Origin: Candidatus Woesearchaeota archaeon
GTDB taxonomy: Archaea; Nanobdellota; Nanobdellia; Pacearchaeales; GW2011-AR1
Direction of reading: 5' to 3'
NCBI GenBank assembly: GCA_964612895.1
Contig: CAZTFL010000001.1
Location: 371,560 to 435,559, forward strand
Length of the DNA stretch: 64,000 nucleotides
Position 1 is the stretch's first letter. Each line of letters begins with the position of its first letter. The position numbers and the translations under genes were made by a program. Below, one piece after another: positions 39,904-49,586 of the stretch. The notes below the pieces were generated by a model. The model made no database searches, was not told the origin of the DNA, and saw only the letters and a list, made by a program, of their open reading frames with translations.

Positions 39904-41643
39904 GTGATTAAACATCTTTTTTTTATGGGTGAAATTACAAATACTACAATTAAAGCGTATGCTTTAGATAATGCAATAAAACATAATGGAAAAGCAAACA
40001 AGGGGTCTGTATTGTCGGCTCTTTTTTCTGAAGGATTGGATAAATCAGATATAAAAAAATATGCTCCTTTGATTGAAGAAATTGTAAATGAAGTAAATTC
40101 TTTTTCTATTAATTCACAAGAATCTCAGTTTTTATCTCTTAAAAATGTAATTTCAAAAAGAGAAGTTAGGACTGGACTTCCAGAACTTCCTAATGTAATA
40201 ACTGGAAAAGTTGTTATGAGAATGGCTCCATTTCCTTCGGGAGCTATACATATAGGAAATACTAGACCTCTAATTTTAAATGATGAATATGTCAAAATTT
40301 ATAATGGAAAATTTTTATTAATAATTGATGATACTATTGGTTCTGAAGCTAAATCTATACAACCAGAATCATATAAATTAATTGAAGAAGATGCAAGATG
40401 GCTTGGATGTAATTTTGATAAAGTTTTATTTAAATCAGATAGAATTCCCGAACATTATAAATATTCTGAAGAATTAATAAAAAAAGGATATATGTATGTA
40501 TGTTCTTGTCCTGCTGAAAAGTTTAAAGAATTTAAATTATCTAAAAAAGAATGCCCTTGTAGAAATAATTTTCCGGAGATAAATTTAGAATTGTGGAAAA
40601 CTATGTTTGATAAAAATAAAACAGAGGAAGGAGATTTGGTTGTTAGATTGAAAACTGACATGAAATATCCAGACCCTGCATTTAGAGATAGGGTTATGTT
40701 TAAAATTTCTGATAGACCTCACCCAAGAACCGGAACTAGATTTAGAGTTTATCCTACTATGGAATTTTCTTGGGCAATTGATAATCATTATTTTGGAATT
40801 ACTCATATTATCAGAGGTGTAGAGTTAGATATGGAAGGGAAAGTTGAGGAATTTATAAGAAAAATATTTGATTGGGAAAATCCAGTAGTTATAAATAATG
40901 GACATTTGATATTAGAAGGAGTAAAATTATCAAAGTCTAAGGGTTTACAGGAGGTAAAATCTGGGAAATATATCGGATGGAACGACCCACGACTTTGGTC
41001 TATCCAATCTTTAAAATCAAGAGGTATAAGACCAGAAGCTATTAGGGAATTTATCATTTCTCAGGGAGTTAAACGTTCAAATACCACTGTTCCTATAGAT
41101 ATTTTATATAAAATTAATAAAAAGTATGTTGAACATTCAAAAAGATACTTTTTTGTAGAAAATCCAAAAAAGATTAGTATTAGTGGAAGTCCTAATTTAA
41201 ATTCCGAAATTCCATTTTATCCTGATGGAACTATGGGATATAGAAATTATCAAACTAATGCTGATTTTTTAATAAGTCAAGATGATTATGAAGAAATAAT
41301 TAAAAGTTATTCAAATAATTCAAAAATAACTATAAGACTTATGCACTTGTTGAATTTTAGCGTTTTTAATTTAGATAAGAATTTAACCAAACCTTTATTT
41401 AGTTTTATTAGCGTTGAACCGCAAAGCTTAGGAGAAACAAAATACATACATTGGCTTACATCTGAAAATAATAATGTAAAAACTGAAGTGATTATGCCTG
41501 ATGGAAATGTAAAAATAGGGCTTTCTGAGCCGGAAATACAAAAATTACAAATAGGAGAAATAATTCAATTTGAAAGATTTGGATTTGTTAGGTTAGATAA
41601 AAAGGAAAAAAATGTTTACAAATTCTTCTTTACACATAAATAA
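39904..41643 (+). CDS. gltX: Glutamyl-tRNA synthetase (archaeal/eukaryal type) with an N-terminal YqeY/GatB-like domain
   Basis: Class I HIGN (PFPSGAIHIGNTRP) and KLSKS (VKLSKSKG) motifs; N-terminal 100 aa AIKHNGKANKGSVLSALF resembles the GatB/YqeY helical domain. Confidence 0.85.
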   Translation: MIKHLFFMGEITNTTIKAYALDNAIKHNGKANKGSVLSALFSEGLDKSDIKKYAPLIEEIVNEVNSFSINSQESQFLSLKNVISKREVRTGLPELPNVITGKVVMRMAPFPSGAIHIGNTRPLILNDEYVKIYNGKFLLIIDDTIGSEAKSIQPESYKLIEEDARWLGCNFDKVLFKSDRIPEHYKYSEELIKKGYMYVCSCPAEKFKEFKLSKKECPCRNNFPEINLELWKTMFDKNKTEEGDLVVRLKTDMKYPDPAFRDRVMFKISDRPHPRTGTRFRVYPTMEFSWAIDNHYFGITHIIRGVELDMEGKVEEFIRKIFDWENPVVINNGHLILEGVKLSKSKGLQEVKSGKYIGWNDPRLWSIQSLKSRGIRPEAIREFIISQGVKRSNTTVPIDILYKINKKYVEHSKRYFFVENPKKISISGSPNLNSEIPFYPDGTMGYRNYQTNADFLISQDDYEEIIKSYSNNSKITIRLMHLLNFSVFNLDKNLTKPLFSFISVEPQSLGETKYIHWLTSENNNVKTEVIMPDGNVKIGLSEPEIQKLQIGEIIQFERFGFVRLDKKEKNVYKFFFTHK

Positions 41644-41673
41644 AAATTTTATAAAAAAATATTTTTTGAAGGT

Positions 41674-41742
41674 TTATTCGGATTCATCTTCTTCGTCTTC
41701 AAATTCATCTTCGAAATCGTCTTCATCATCATCAAATGCCAT
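41674..41742 (-). CDS. 22-aa highly acidic peptide MAFDDDEDDFEDEFEDEEDESE with a strong SD
   Basis: AAGGAGGA lies 8 nt upstream of the ATG on the reverse strand, and TTTATATA sits about 80 nt upstream; the gene lies 141 nt downstream of the mutL stop. Confidence 0.3.
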   Translation of the reverse strand: MAFDDDEDDFEDEFEDEEDESE

Positions 41743-41883
41743 TAGTTTTATCCTCCTTACATTTATTTATTGTAAATTTGATTTTTAGAACCATTTTTTC
41801 TTTATTTTATATAAAATGAGAGTTTAAAAACCTTTATTTTGCCATAAAAATCTTATGTATTAATTTAACTACTATAAAGTTAC

Positions 41884-43620
41884 TTACCAGCCAGTCCTTT
41901 TGAATTTTTTTTCTAATTCTGATATACTTAATTTTATTGTTGTTGGCCTTCCATGGGGACAAGAAAATGGATTTTCGCACTTTTCTAGATCTTTTATTAA
42001 TTTCTTGAGTTCTTCTTTTGTTAATTCATCGCCCGCTTTAACACTTGCTTTACATGCAAATTTTATTATTCTTGACTCTATTTCATTATTTATTATGTTT
42101 TTTTTCTCTTTTATCAGTTCATTTAATATATCTACAAATAAAATAGACTTTAATCTTCCAAAAATTTCTGGAATTGTTGATAATTTTAAAATATTGCCAT
42201 CAAAATCCTCAAATTCGAATCCTATCTTACTTAAGAATTGTTTGTAATATAATGCTATATTCTTTTGTTCTGGATTTAAATCAAGAATTTTCTGTTCTAT
42301 TAAGCTTTGTTTTTTTATTGCGTTTATTTTTAAATCATTAAGAAATTTTTCATAATTTACTCTTTCTTCTGCTGCATGTTGATCAAATAATATCAGACCA
42401 TCTTCGGCTTCACAAATTATAAAGGTTTTATTTATTTGACCTAGAATATTTAATTTTCCAAAAACTTCTTTATTTAATTCTTGGCTCTCTGCTTCTCTTA
42501 AATATAAATTAACATCTTCCTTAATTTTATAATCATTAGTTTTAAACAAATTTGTTTGTTTATCTATTGAAAAATCGTAGTGTTTATTAATTTTTGAATT
42601 CTCGATTCTATTGAGATTTGCGTCTACTATTAAATTTGTTTTAAATAAAGTAGATTTTATTGCATTATAAACAATTTCGTAAACTTCTTTTTCATTTTTA
42701 AATTTTATAAATTCTTTATTCGGATGAACATTGACATCAATAAGAGAACTGTTTATTTGTATATTTAATATAAATATTGGATGACGATTTATAAAAAGGA
42801 GAGTATCATATGCGTCATAAACTGCTTGTGAGATTATTCTATCTTTGACATATCTTTGATTAACGTACACCGATTGTTCTGTTTTGTCTGCTCTTGTTAA
42901 ACTTGGCTTTGATATAAATCCTGTTATAATAAGGCCTTCTTCTTTATAGTTTATTTCTATTAAATTTCTACCTACATCTACTCCTAAAAGAAAAATAACT
43001 TTATTCAAAAAATTATCTGTTTTTTGAGAATTAATAATTTCCTTTCCATTATGAGTTAATATTATAGCTACTTCTTTTTTAATTAAAGCATATTTTGAAA
43101 TTATTTTAAGTATTTGAGAAAATTCAATTTCTGAAGATTTTAAATAATCTTTTTTTACTGGCATATTAAAAAATAAGTTTGTAACTTCTATTGTTGTACC
43201 TGTTTTACAAATAATTGGTTCTATATTTTTTATTTTTCCGCCTTGAGATTCCATTAATGTTCCGATTTCATCATCTTCTCTTTTTGTTATTATCTTTAAA
43301 TCTGATATTTCTGAAATAGAGCCTAACGCTTCTCCTCTAAATCCAAATGAATTAATATTATATAAATCGAATTCGGAGCTTATTTTTGAGGTTGTATGTC
43401 TTTTTATAGACAAAATACAATCTTCTCTATCCATTCCTGAACCATTATCGCTAATTTTTATCTTGTCTATTCCGCCATTTTCAATGTCAATTTTTATATA
43501 GTCAGAATTTGCATCAAAAGAATTTTCTATTAATTCCTTTACTATACTTGCTGGTCTGTCTATAACCTCTCCAGCTGCAATTTTATTTATTGTTGATTGA
43601 TCTAATACATGTATTACCAT
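41884..43620 (-). CDS. mutL: DNA mismatch repair protein MutL
   Basis: N-terminal GHKL ATPase INKIAAGEVIDRPASIVKELIENSFDA, C-terminal dimerisation region. Confidence 0.9.
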   Translation of the reverse strand: MVIHVLDQSTINKIAAGEVIDRPASIVKELIENSFDANSDYIKIDIENGGIDKIKISDNGSGMDREDCILSIKRHTTSKISSEFDLYNINSFGFRGEALGSISEISDLKIITKREDDEIGTLMESQGGKIKNIEPIICKTGTTIEVTNLFFNMPVKKDYLKSSEIEFSQILKIISKYALIKKEVAIILTHNGKEIINSQKTDNFLNKVIFLLGVDVGRNLIEINYKEEGLIITGFISKPSLTRADKTEQSVYVNQRYVKDRIISQAVYDAYDTLLFINRHPIFILNIQINSSLIDVNVHPNKEFIKFKNEKEVYEIVYNAIKSTLFKTNLIVDANLNRIENSKINKHYDFSIDKQTNLFKTNDYKIKEDVNLYLREAESQELNKEVFGKLNILGQINKTFIICEAEDGLILFDQHAAEERVNYEKFLNDLKINAIKKQSLIEQKILDLNPEQKNIALYYKQFLSKIGFEFEDFDGNILKLSTIPEIFGRLKSILFVDILNELIKEKKNIINNEIESRIIKFACKASVKAGDELTKEELKKLIKDLEKCENPFSCPHGRPTTIKLSISELEKKFKRTGW

Positions 43621-43668
43621 AAATTATTATATTTTTAGAAGTTTAAAAAAACTTATTTCTTAGAATAT

Positions 43669-46209
43669 CTACTTTATTTTTTTTATTAATTCATTAAGTT
43701 CATTATTAATTTTTTCTTTTAATTCTTGTGTTATTTTTTGTTTTATATTTTCTATATCTATTTCTTCTTGATTTTTTTCTATTTCTTGATTATTTTTTAA
43801 TATTTTTTCATCTAAATTGTCTTCTAATTCTATTAAATTCATTACACTTTTTGCACAATTTATTACATTTTCCGGAAGTCCAGCAAGTTTCGCGACTTGT
43901 ATTCCGTAACTTTTATCTGTTCCTCCTTTTATTATTTTTCTCAAAAAAAGTATTTTATCATTTTTTTCTTCAACGGCTATATTAAAATTATTTATTCCGT
44001 CAAATTTCTCTGATAATTTATTTAAGTGATGATAGTGCGTTGCAAATAATGTTTTACATTTTATTTCATTGTTTAAATATTCTGCAATTGCCCACGCTAA
44101 ACTTACTCCATCAAATGTTGATGTTCCTCTACCTATTTCATCTAATATTACGAGACTCTTTTCTGTTGCATTGTTTAAAATATTTGCAGTTTCATTCATT
44201 TCTACCATAAATGTCGATTGATGGTTAACTAAATCGTCATAAGCCCCTATTCTACTAAAAACTCTGTCTAATACACATAAGTTTGCATATTTTGCTGGTA
44301 CAAAAGAACCAATCTGAGCCATTAATGAAATTAGTGCTACTTGTCTTAAATAGGTAGATTTCCCTGCCATATTGGGTCCAGTTATAATCATTGTTCTATT
44401 TTTATCGTCCAAAAAACAATCATTATTTATAAAATCTATTTGACTAAAAGCTTCTATTACTGGATGTCTTGATTCTCTTAATTCTATTTTCGATTCTGAA
44501 TTTAGTTTTGGTTTACAATAATTTTTTTCTTGCGCTACAATTGAGAATGAAGATAAACAATCCAAAATTGAAATACTGTTAGATACTTCTTGAACATCTT
44601 CTATGTATTTCTTTAATTTTTCTAAAATTTCTAAAAATAAATTATACTCTAATTCATATATTCTTTCTTGAGCTCCTAGTATTTTTATTTCTAATTCTTT
44701 TAATTCTTCCGTTACAAATCTTTCACTATTCAATTGAGATTGTTTTCTTATGAAATAGTTTGGGACTAAATTTAGATTGCTTTTTGTTATTTCTATGAAA
44801 TATCCTATTATTTTATTATATTTTATTCTTAAATTTTTTATTCCTGTATTTTCTCTTTCTTTCTCCTCTATTTCTGCTAAATATGTTCGAGAATCTCTAC
44901 TTAATATTCTTAAGTCATCTAATTCTTTATTGTAACCAAATTTTATTATATTGCCTTCTTTTAAAGATGTACTTGGTTCTTCTTTTATTGAATTTAGTAT
45001 TATTTCTTTTGCTTCTTTTAAATCTGGAATGTTTTTATATTGATTAAATATTTGACTTTCACACTTCGTTAATAATTCCTTTAATTTTGGAATATCTTTA
45101 AATGAATTTCCTAAAGAAACAATATCTTTCGGATTTGCATTTCCAAAACTTACACGGCCAATTAATCTTTCTATGTCATAAATATTTTTTAAAATTTCTC
45201 TAAAGTCATATCTTAATATTATGTTTTCTTTTAATTCTTCGACTCCATTTAGTCTTTCTTCTATTTTATTTTTATCAATTAATGGAGAAGTTATCCATTT
45301 TCTCATTAATCTTTTTCCCATTGATGTTAATGTTTTATCTAATACAGAAATTAATGTTGCATTATCATTTTTGGATGCTATATTTTTTATTAGTTCAAGA
45401 TTTCTTATTGTTGCATTATCTAGAAACATGAAGTCAGACAAATTGTATATTTTTATTTTTTTTAGATGTTCCAAATTATTCATTTGTTTTTCTTTAATAT
45501 AACTTAGTAGAGCTCCGCATGATTCTATTATTATTTTATCTGTTAGACCATATCCTTCTAAGTTCAAAACTTGAAAATGTTTTTTTAATTTATCGTAAGC
45601 ATTCTGGAAATTAAAATGATAATCTTCATATTCACTAATCATATATCCTTTTTCTTTTAATGTATTTATTATATTTGAATTTATTTTTGATGATTGAATA
45701 ATTATTTCCGCTGGAGATATTTTTGTTATTTCTTCTAGTAAATTTTCGTCCTTTAACTTACAAGATAAGAATTCACCTGTAGAAACATCACAAAAAGACA
45801 ATCCTATTTCCTCTGAAATCGAAAGACATGCTATGTAATTATTTATTCCTTTATCTAATATTGTATTTTCTATAATTGTTCCTGGAGTAATTATCCTTAC
45901 TAATTCTCTCTTAACAAGCCCTTTTGCTAGTTTTGGATCTTCGACTTGTTCGACTATTCCAATTTTATATCCTTTTTTAACTAATTTTGCTAAATATGGG
46001 TCTATTGCGTGATATGGAATTCCTGCTAATGGAGCTTTAGATTCGTCTTTCCCTCTTGAAGTTAGCGTTATTTCTAGCTCTTTAGAAATTAGTATAGCGT
46101 CTTCGAAAAACGTTTCATAGAAATCTCCCATCCTAAAAAATATAATACAGTCCGGATTCTCATTTTTTACTTTCATATATTGTTGCATTCCGGGAGTTAG
46201 TATTACCAT
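43669..46209 (-). CDS. mutS: DNA mismatch repair protein MutS (MutS1 type)
   Basis: TPGMQQY...FFRMGDFYE mismatch-binding N-terminus; Walker A GPNMAGKST; DEIGRGTSTFDG. Confidence 0.9.
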   Translation of the reverse strand: MVILTPGMQQYMKVKNENPDCIIFFRMGDFYETFFEDAILISKELEITLTSRGKDESKAPLAGIPYHAIDPYLAKLVKKGYKIGIVEQVEDPKLAKGLVKRELVRIITPGTIIENTILDKGINNYIACLSISEEIGLSFCDVSTGEFLSCKLKDENLLEEITKISPAEIIIQSSKINSNIINTLKEKGYMISEYEDYHFNFQNAYDKLKKHFQVLNLEGYGLTDKIIIESCGALLSYIKEKQMNNLEHLKKIKIYNLSDFMFLDNATIRNLELIKNIASKNDNATLISVLDKTLTSMGKRLMRKWITSPLIDKNKIEERLNGVEELKENIILRYDFREILKNIYDIERLIGRVSFGNANPKDIVSLGNSFKDIPKLKELLTKCESQIFNQYKNIPDLKEAKEIILNSIKEEPSTSLKEGNIIKFGYNKELDDLRILSRDSRTYLAEIEEKERENTGIKNLRIKYNKIIGYFIEITKSNLNLVPNYFIRKQSQLNSERFVTEELKELEIKILGAQERIYELEYNLFLEILEKLKKYIEDVQEVSNSISILDCLSSFSIVAQEKNYCKPKLNSESKIELRESRHPVIEAFSQIDFINNDCFLDDKNRTMIITGPNMAGKSTYLRQVALISLMAQIGSFVPAKYANLCVLDRVFSRIGAYDDLVNHQSTFMVEMNETANILNNATEKSLVILDEIGRGTSTFDGVSLAWAIAEYLNNEIKCKTLFATHYHHLNKLSEKFDGINNFNIAVEEKNDKILFLRKIIKGGTDKSYGIQVAKLAGLPENVINCAKSVMNLIELEDNLDEKILKNNQEIEKNQEEIDIENIKQKITQELKEKINNELNELIKKIK

Positions 46210-46326
46210 ATTTTAGAGAAATAAAAAAGATTTAAAATATTAATGTCAAAGAAACATACACTTGTTTTTTGGGATAATACAAGATTTCTAAGGATTTTAG
46301 CTTTTGTTAGTTTAATGTAAAAGAAT

Positions 46327-46596
46327 TTAAAATATAATATTATTAATTTGAGATGCAAGAAGATTATCTCCATAAACAAGCCTATTCAACATTTCATTCT
46401 TGTTAATCTCTTTAACATTTTGCCCCAAAAACGCATTCAACCCACCCTTTGCTTTAGTTGGAAGAACAAACTCATTAGTTTGAAGAGTTATTCTATTCTT
46501 TTCAGAAAGTCCATCAAGAATTTTTTGTGCTTCTTTTTTCCCTCGTTCAATGATTCTTGGGAGCTCTTCAATAAGCGATTTCGGATTTTCTACCAT
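46327..46596 (-). pseudogene. N-terminal remnant of a DNA methyltransferase (Type III mod / N6-N4 MTase-like), truncated
   Basis: The 89-aa ORF ends ...NRLVYGDNLLASQ, the N-terminal GDNL motif region of DNA MTases, with no catalytic domain after it. Confidence 0.35.
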
Positions 46597-46689
46597 CCCT
46601 TTTTCAGTCCTTTCTTCTTTTTATTTGTTACGCTAACTGTTACGCACAAGATTACTTTTGCTTAAAATTGTTTTTAGATATATTTTTCT

Positions 46690-46938
46690 ATGAAAGAGGA
46701 TGAGGAAATATTCTTTGAAAGAAATAATATTGCCAAAAAGGTTCTTTTAGAATTAAGTGAAAAGAATTGGAGAGCAATGCCTCTTTCAAAAAAGATGAAT
46801 ATACACAGAGAATCTGTCAGTCGTGCTTTTAAAACTCTAAAAGACAGAGGATATGTAGAATGTAAAACTCCAGGCAAACCGAATTATAGAATTTACAAAA
46901 TAACAAGAATAGGAAAAAATAAACCAAAATCTCTATAA
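46690..46938 (+). CDS. Small winged-helix transcriptional regulator (MarR/PadR-like)
   Basis: MNIHRESVSRAFKTLKDRGYVE helix-turn-helix plus wing. Confidence 0.45.
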   Translation: MKEDEEIFFERNNIAKKVLLELSEKNWRAMPLSKKMNIHRESVSRAFKTLKDRGYVECKTPGKPNYRIYKITRIGKNKPKSL

Positions 46939-46981
46939 TTGCTTTCATAAAAATTATAAACTCTTAATTATTATTGTTATT

Positions 46982-47725
46982 ATGGAAAAGAAGAAAATCG
47001 GGTTTTTTAAAAAACTGACAGGCAAAACTCTTTATTTCCCTGGATGCTTGACAAAATCTTCACTAAAAAAAGAATATGACAATTATAAAGACATTTTTAA
47101 TATCTTGGGAATTGATTATGTTTTAATGAATGATAAAAATTATTGTTGCGGACTTCCTGCTTACAATGGAGGATACAAAAAAGAGACAAAGGAACTGGCA
47201 AAACTAATGCTTGATTATTGTAATAGTAGAAATATCATTAAAATTATAACTAACTGTCCGTCGTGTTATCATACTTTCAAATCTTTATATCCTACTTTAA
47301 TTAGAGATTGGAATATTGAATGCGAACACGCAAGCGTTAGTATATACAATGCTTTAATTAAAAAAAAGTTTAAAAAAAGGTTTTCAAAAGAATTTGTAAC
47401 CTACCATGATCCTTGTCACCTCGGAAGATATGAAGGAATTTATGAGGAACCAAGAAAAGTTATTGAAATGTTAGGTGGAGAAATTATCGAAATGAAACAT
47501 AACAGAAACAACTCTTTATGTTGTGGTGGCGGTGGAGGAGTCAGGGCGAATTTTGAAAAACTAGCAAAGGATATTGCAAAAAAAAGAGTATCAGAAATTG
47601 ACGAAAAATGCTCAAAATTAATTAATTCTTGTCCACTGTGTCATTTTCAGTTAAGTGAACAATATGAGAATGGTATTGAATTTTCTTCATTTGTTTTACA
47701 GAGATTAAAATCTATGAAGAGATAG
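46982..47725 (+). CDS. CCG-domain (Cys-rich) protein, HdrD/GlcF C-terminal / LutA-like
   Basis: Two CCG repeats: YFPGCL...CCGLPAY...CPSC and YHDPCHLGR...CCGGGGG...CPLC. Confidence 0.65.
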   Translation: MEKKKIGFFKKLTGKTLYFPGCLTKSSLKKEYDNYKDIFNILGIDYVLMNDKNYCCGLPAYNGGYKKETKELAKLMLDYCNSRNIIKIITNCPSCYHTFKSLYPTLIRDWNIECEHASVSIYNALIKKKFKKRFSKEFVTYHDPCHLGRYEGIYEEPRKVIEMLGGEIIEMKHNRNNSLCCGGGGGVRANFEKLAKDIAKKRVSEIDEKCSKLINSCPLCHFQLSEQYENGIEFSSFVLQRLKSMKR

Positions 47726-47755
47726 TATTAAAAATAACAATTTTTTTGTATTAAT

Positions 47756-49549
47756 ATGGGTAATAATTCTAAAAAAAATCCTATAAAATATAATGAAGTC
47801 TTTGGAAAGTATTGTAAATATATTTGGAAATATAAATGGATTTTTTTTATTTTAATTTTTTCTGTAATAATTATGCAAATTGCAAATATTATTCCTAGAT
47901 TTTTGTTTAAATCTTTAATTGATAATGGAAGTTTGTTTATTAGTCAAGAGCTTTCAAAGGAAACATTTTCGGGAGTTCTGCTTAATTTATTAATTGTTTT
48001 TGTAATAACTAATATTATTCTTATTTTATTTGCTTATATTAGAGCTCATTTTTTGAATAAACTTGAAGTTAATCTTGTATTTGATCTAAAAAATAAATTT
48101 TTTAATCATATTTTAAGTTTAGACCATGACTTTCATACGACAAATAAGTCTGGTTCCCTAATTTCAAGAATCGGTAGAGGTGCTGGTGGAATTGAAAATT
48201 TTACTGATGTTATTATATTTAATTTCATACCTTTTTTTGTTCAAATTTTTATAACTGGAGCGTCATTGATATATTTTAATCTATTATCTGGAATCGTTAT
48301 AGGAATTATTTCTTTTTCTTTTATTTTTTATAGCATAAAAATACAAAAATTAGAGCAAAAAGATAAAGTAATATTTAACAAATCTGATAATTTGGAAAAA
48401 GGAAATATTGCTGATATTTTCACAAATATAGATTCGATAAAATATTTTGGTAAAGACGAATTCATAAAACAAAAATATAAGAAACTCTCTTCTGATACAA
48501 AAAAGAAACAGTATAAATATTATTCTTGGTTCCAATTATTTGATAGTGGACAAAATTTTATTCTTTTTGTAGGAACAATTGCTATTCTTTATTTCCCTAT
48601 TATTGATTTTATGAAAGGAAATTTAACAATTGGAACATTATCATTCATATATACGACTTATATTAGTTTTCTTAATGGATTATATGGACTAGTATGGGGA
48701 ATTCGTGGATTTTATAGATCATTAACGGATTTGCAGGATTTATTTGATTATGAAAAATTTTCAAAAACTATTGTAGATAAAAAAAATGCACCAAAATTAA
48801 ATGTTACATATGGAAATATTGAATTTAAAAATATTAATTTTAAGTATGATAAGAATAATAATCTTTTCAAAAACTTTAATTTAAAAATTCCAGCAAAAAA
48901 AACTGTAGCTATAATTGGGAAATCTGGATGTGGAAAATCTAGTTTGTTAAAACTTTTATATCGTCTATACAATCTTGATTTTGGAAATGTTTTAATTGAT
49001 GGACAAGATATTTCAGATGTAACTCAAGAAAGTTTGAGAAATGAAATGAGCATTGTTCCTCAGGAAGCTATTTTATTTGATGATACAATTTATAATAATA
49101 TAAAGTTCGCAAGACCTTCCGCTAATAAAAAAGAGATTGAAAATGCTATAAAATCCGCTCAACTTGAAGAATTTATAAAAAATTTGCCGAAGGGATATAA
49201 CACTATTGTCGGAGAAAGAGGAGTTAAATTATCTGGTGGACAAAAACAAAGAGTATCAATAGCAAGAGCAATTTTAGCAGATAAAAAAATACTTGTATTA
49301 GATGAGGCAACTTCTGCTTTAGATTCAGAAACAGAACATGAAATACAAAAAGATTTATTTGATTTAATGAAAAATAGAACTTCTATCGTTATTGCGCATC
49401 GTCTTTCTACAATAATGAATGCCGATTTAATTGTTGTAATGGAAAAGGGAAAAATAATACAAATGGGAAATCATAGGGAATTAATAACAAAAGGTGGAGA
49501 ATACGCTAGGCTATGGAATTTCCAAAAAGGTGGATTCCTGCAAGATTAA
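47756..49549 (+). CDS. ABC exporter, fused TMD and NBD (MsbA/multidrug type)
   Basis: Six N-terminal TM helices; Walker A GKSGCGKSS, signature LSGGQKQR, Walker B ILVLDEATS. Confidence 0.85.
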   Translation: MGNNSKKNPIKYNEVFGKYCKYIWKYKWIFFILIFSVIIMQIANIIPRFLFKSLIDNGSLFISQELSKETFSGVLLNLLIVFVITNIILILFAYIRAHFLNKLEVNLVFDLKNKFFNHILSLDHDFHTTNKSGSLISRIGRGAGGIENFTDVIIFNFIPFFVQIFITGASLIYFNLLSGIVIGIISFSFIFYSIKIQKLEQKDKVIFNKSDNLEKGNIADIFTNIDSIKYFGKDEFIKQKYKKLSSDTKKKQYKYYSWFQLFDSGQNFILFVGTIAILYFPIIDFMKGNLTIGTLSFIYTTYISFLNGLYGLVWGIRGFYRSLTDLQDLFDYEKFSKTIVDKKNAPKLNVTYGNIEFKNINFKYDKNNNLFKNFNLKIPAKKTVAIIGKSGCGKSSLLKLLYRLYNLDFGNVLIDGQDISDVTQESLRNEMSIVPQEAILFDDTIYNNIKFARPSANKKEIENAIKSAQLEEFIKNLPKGYNTIVGERGVKLSGGQKQRVSIARAILADKKILVLDEATSALDSETEHEIQKDLFDLMKNRTSIVIAHRLSTIMNADLIVVMEKGKIIQMGNHRELITKGGEYARLWNFQKGGFLQD

Positions 49550-49586
49550 CAATTAGTTTTAAAAAAAGAAATATACTCTAACTATT

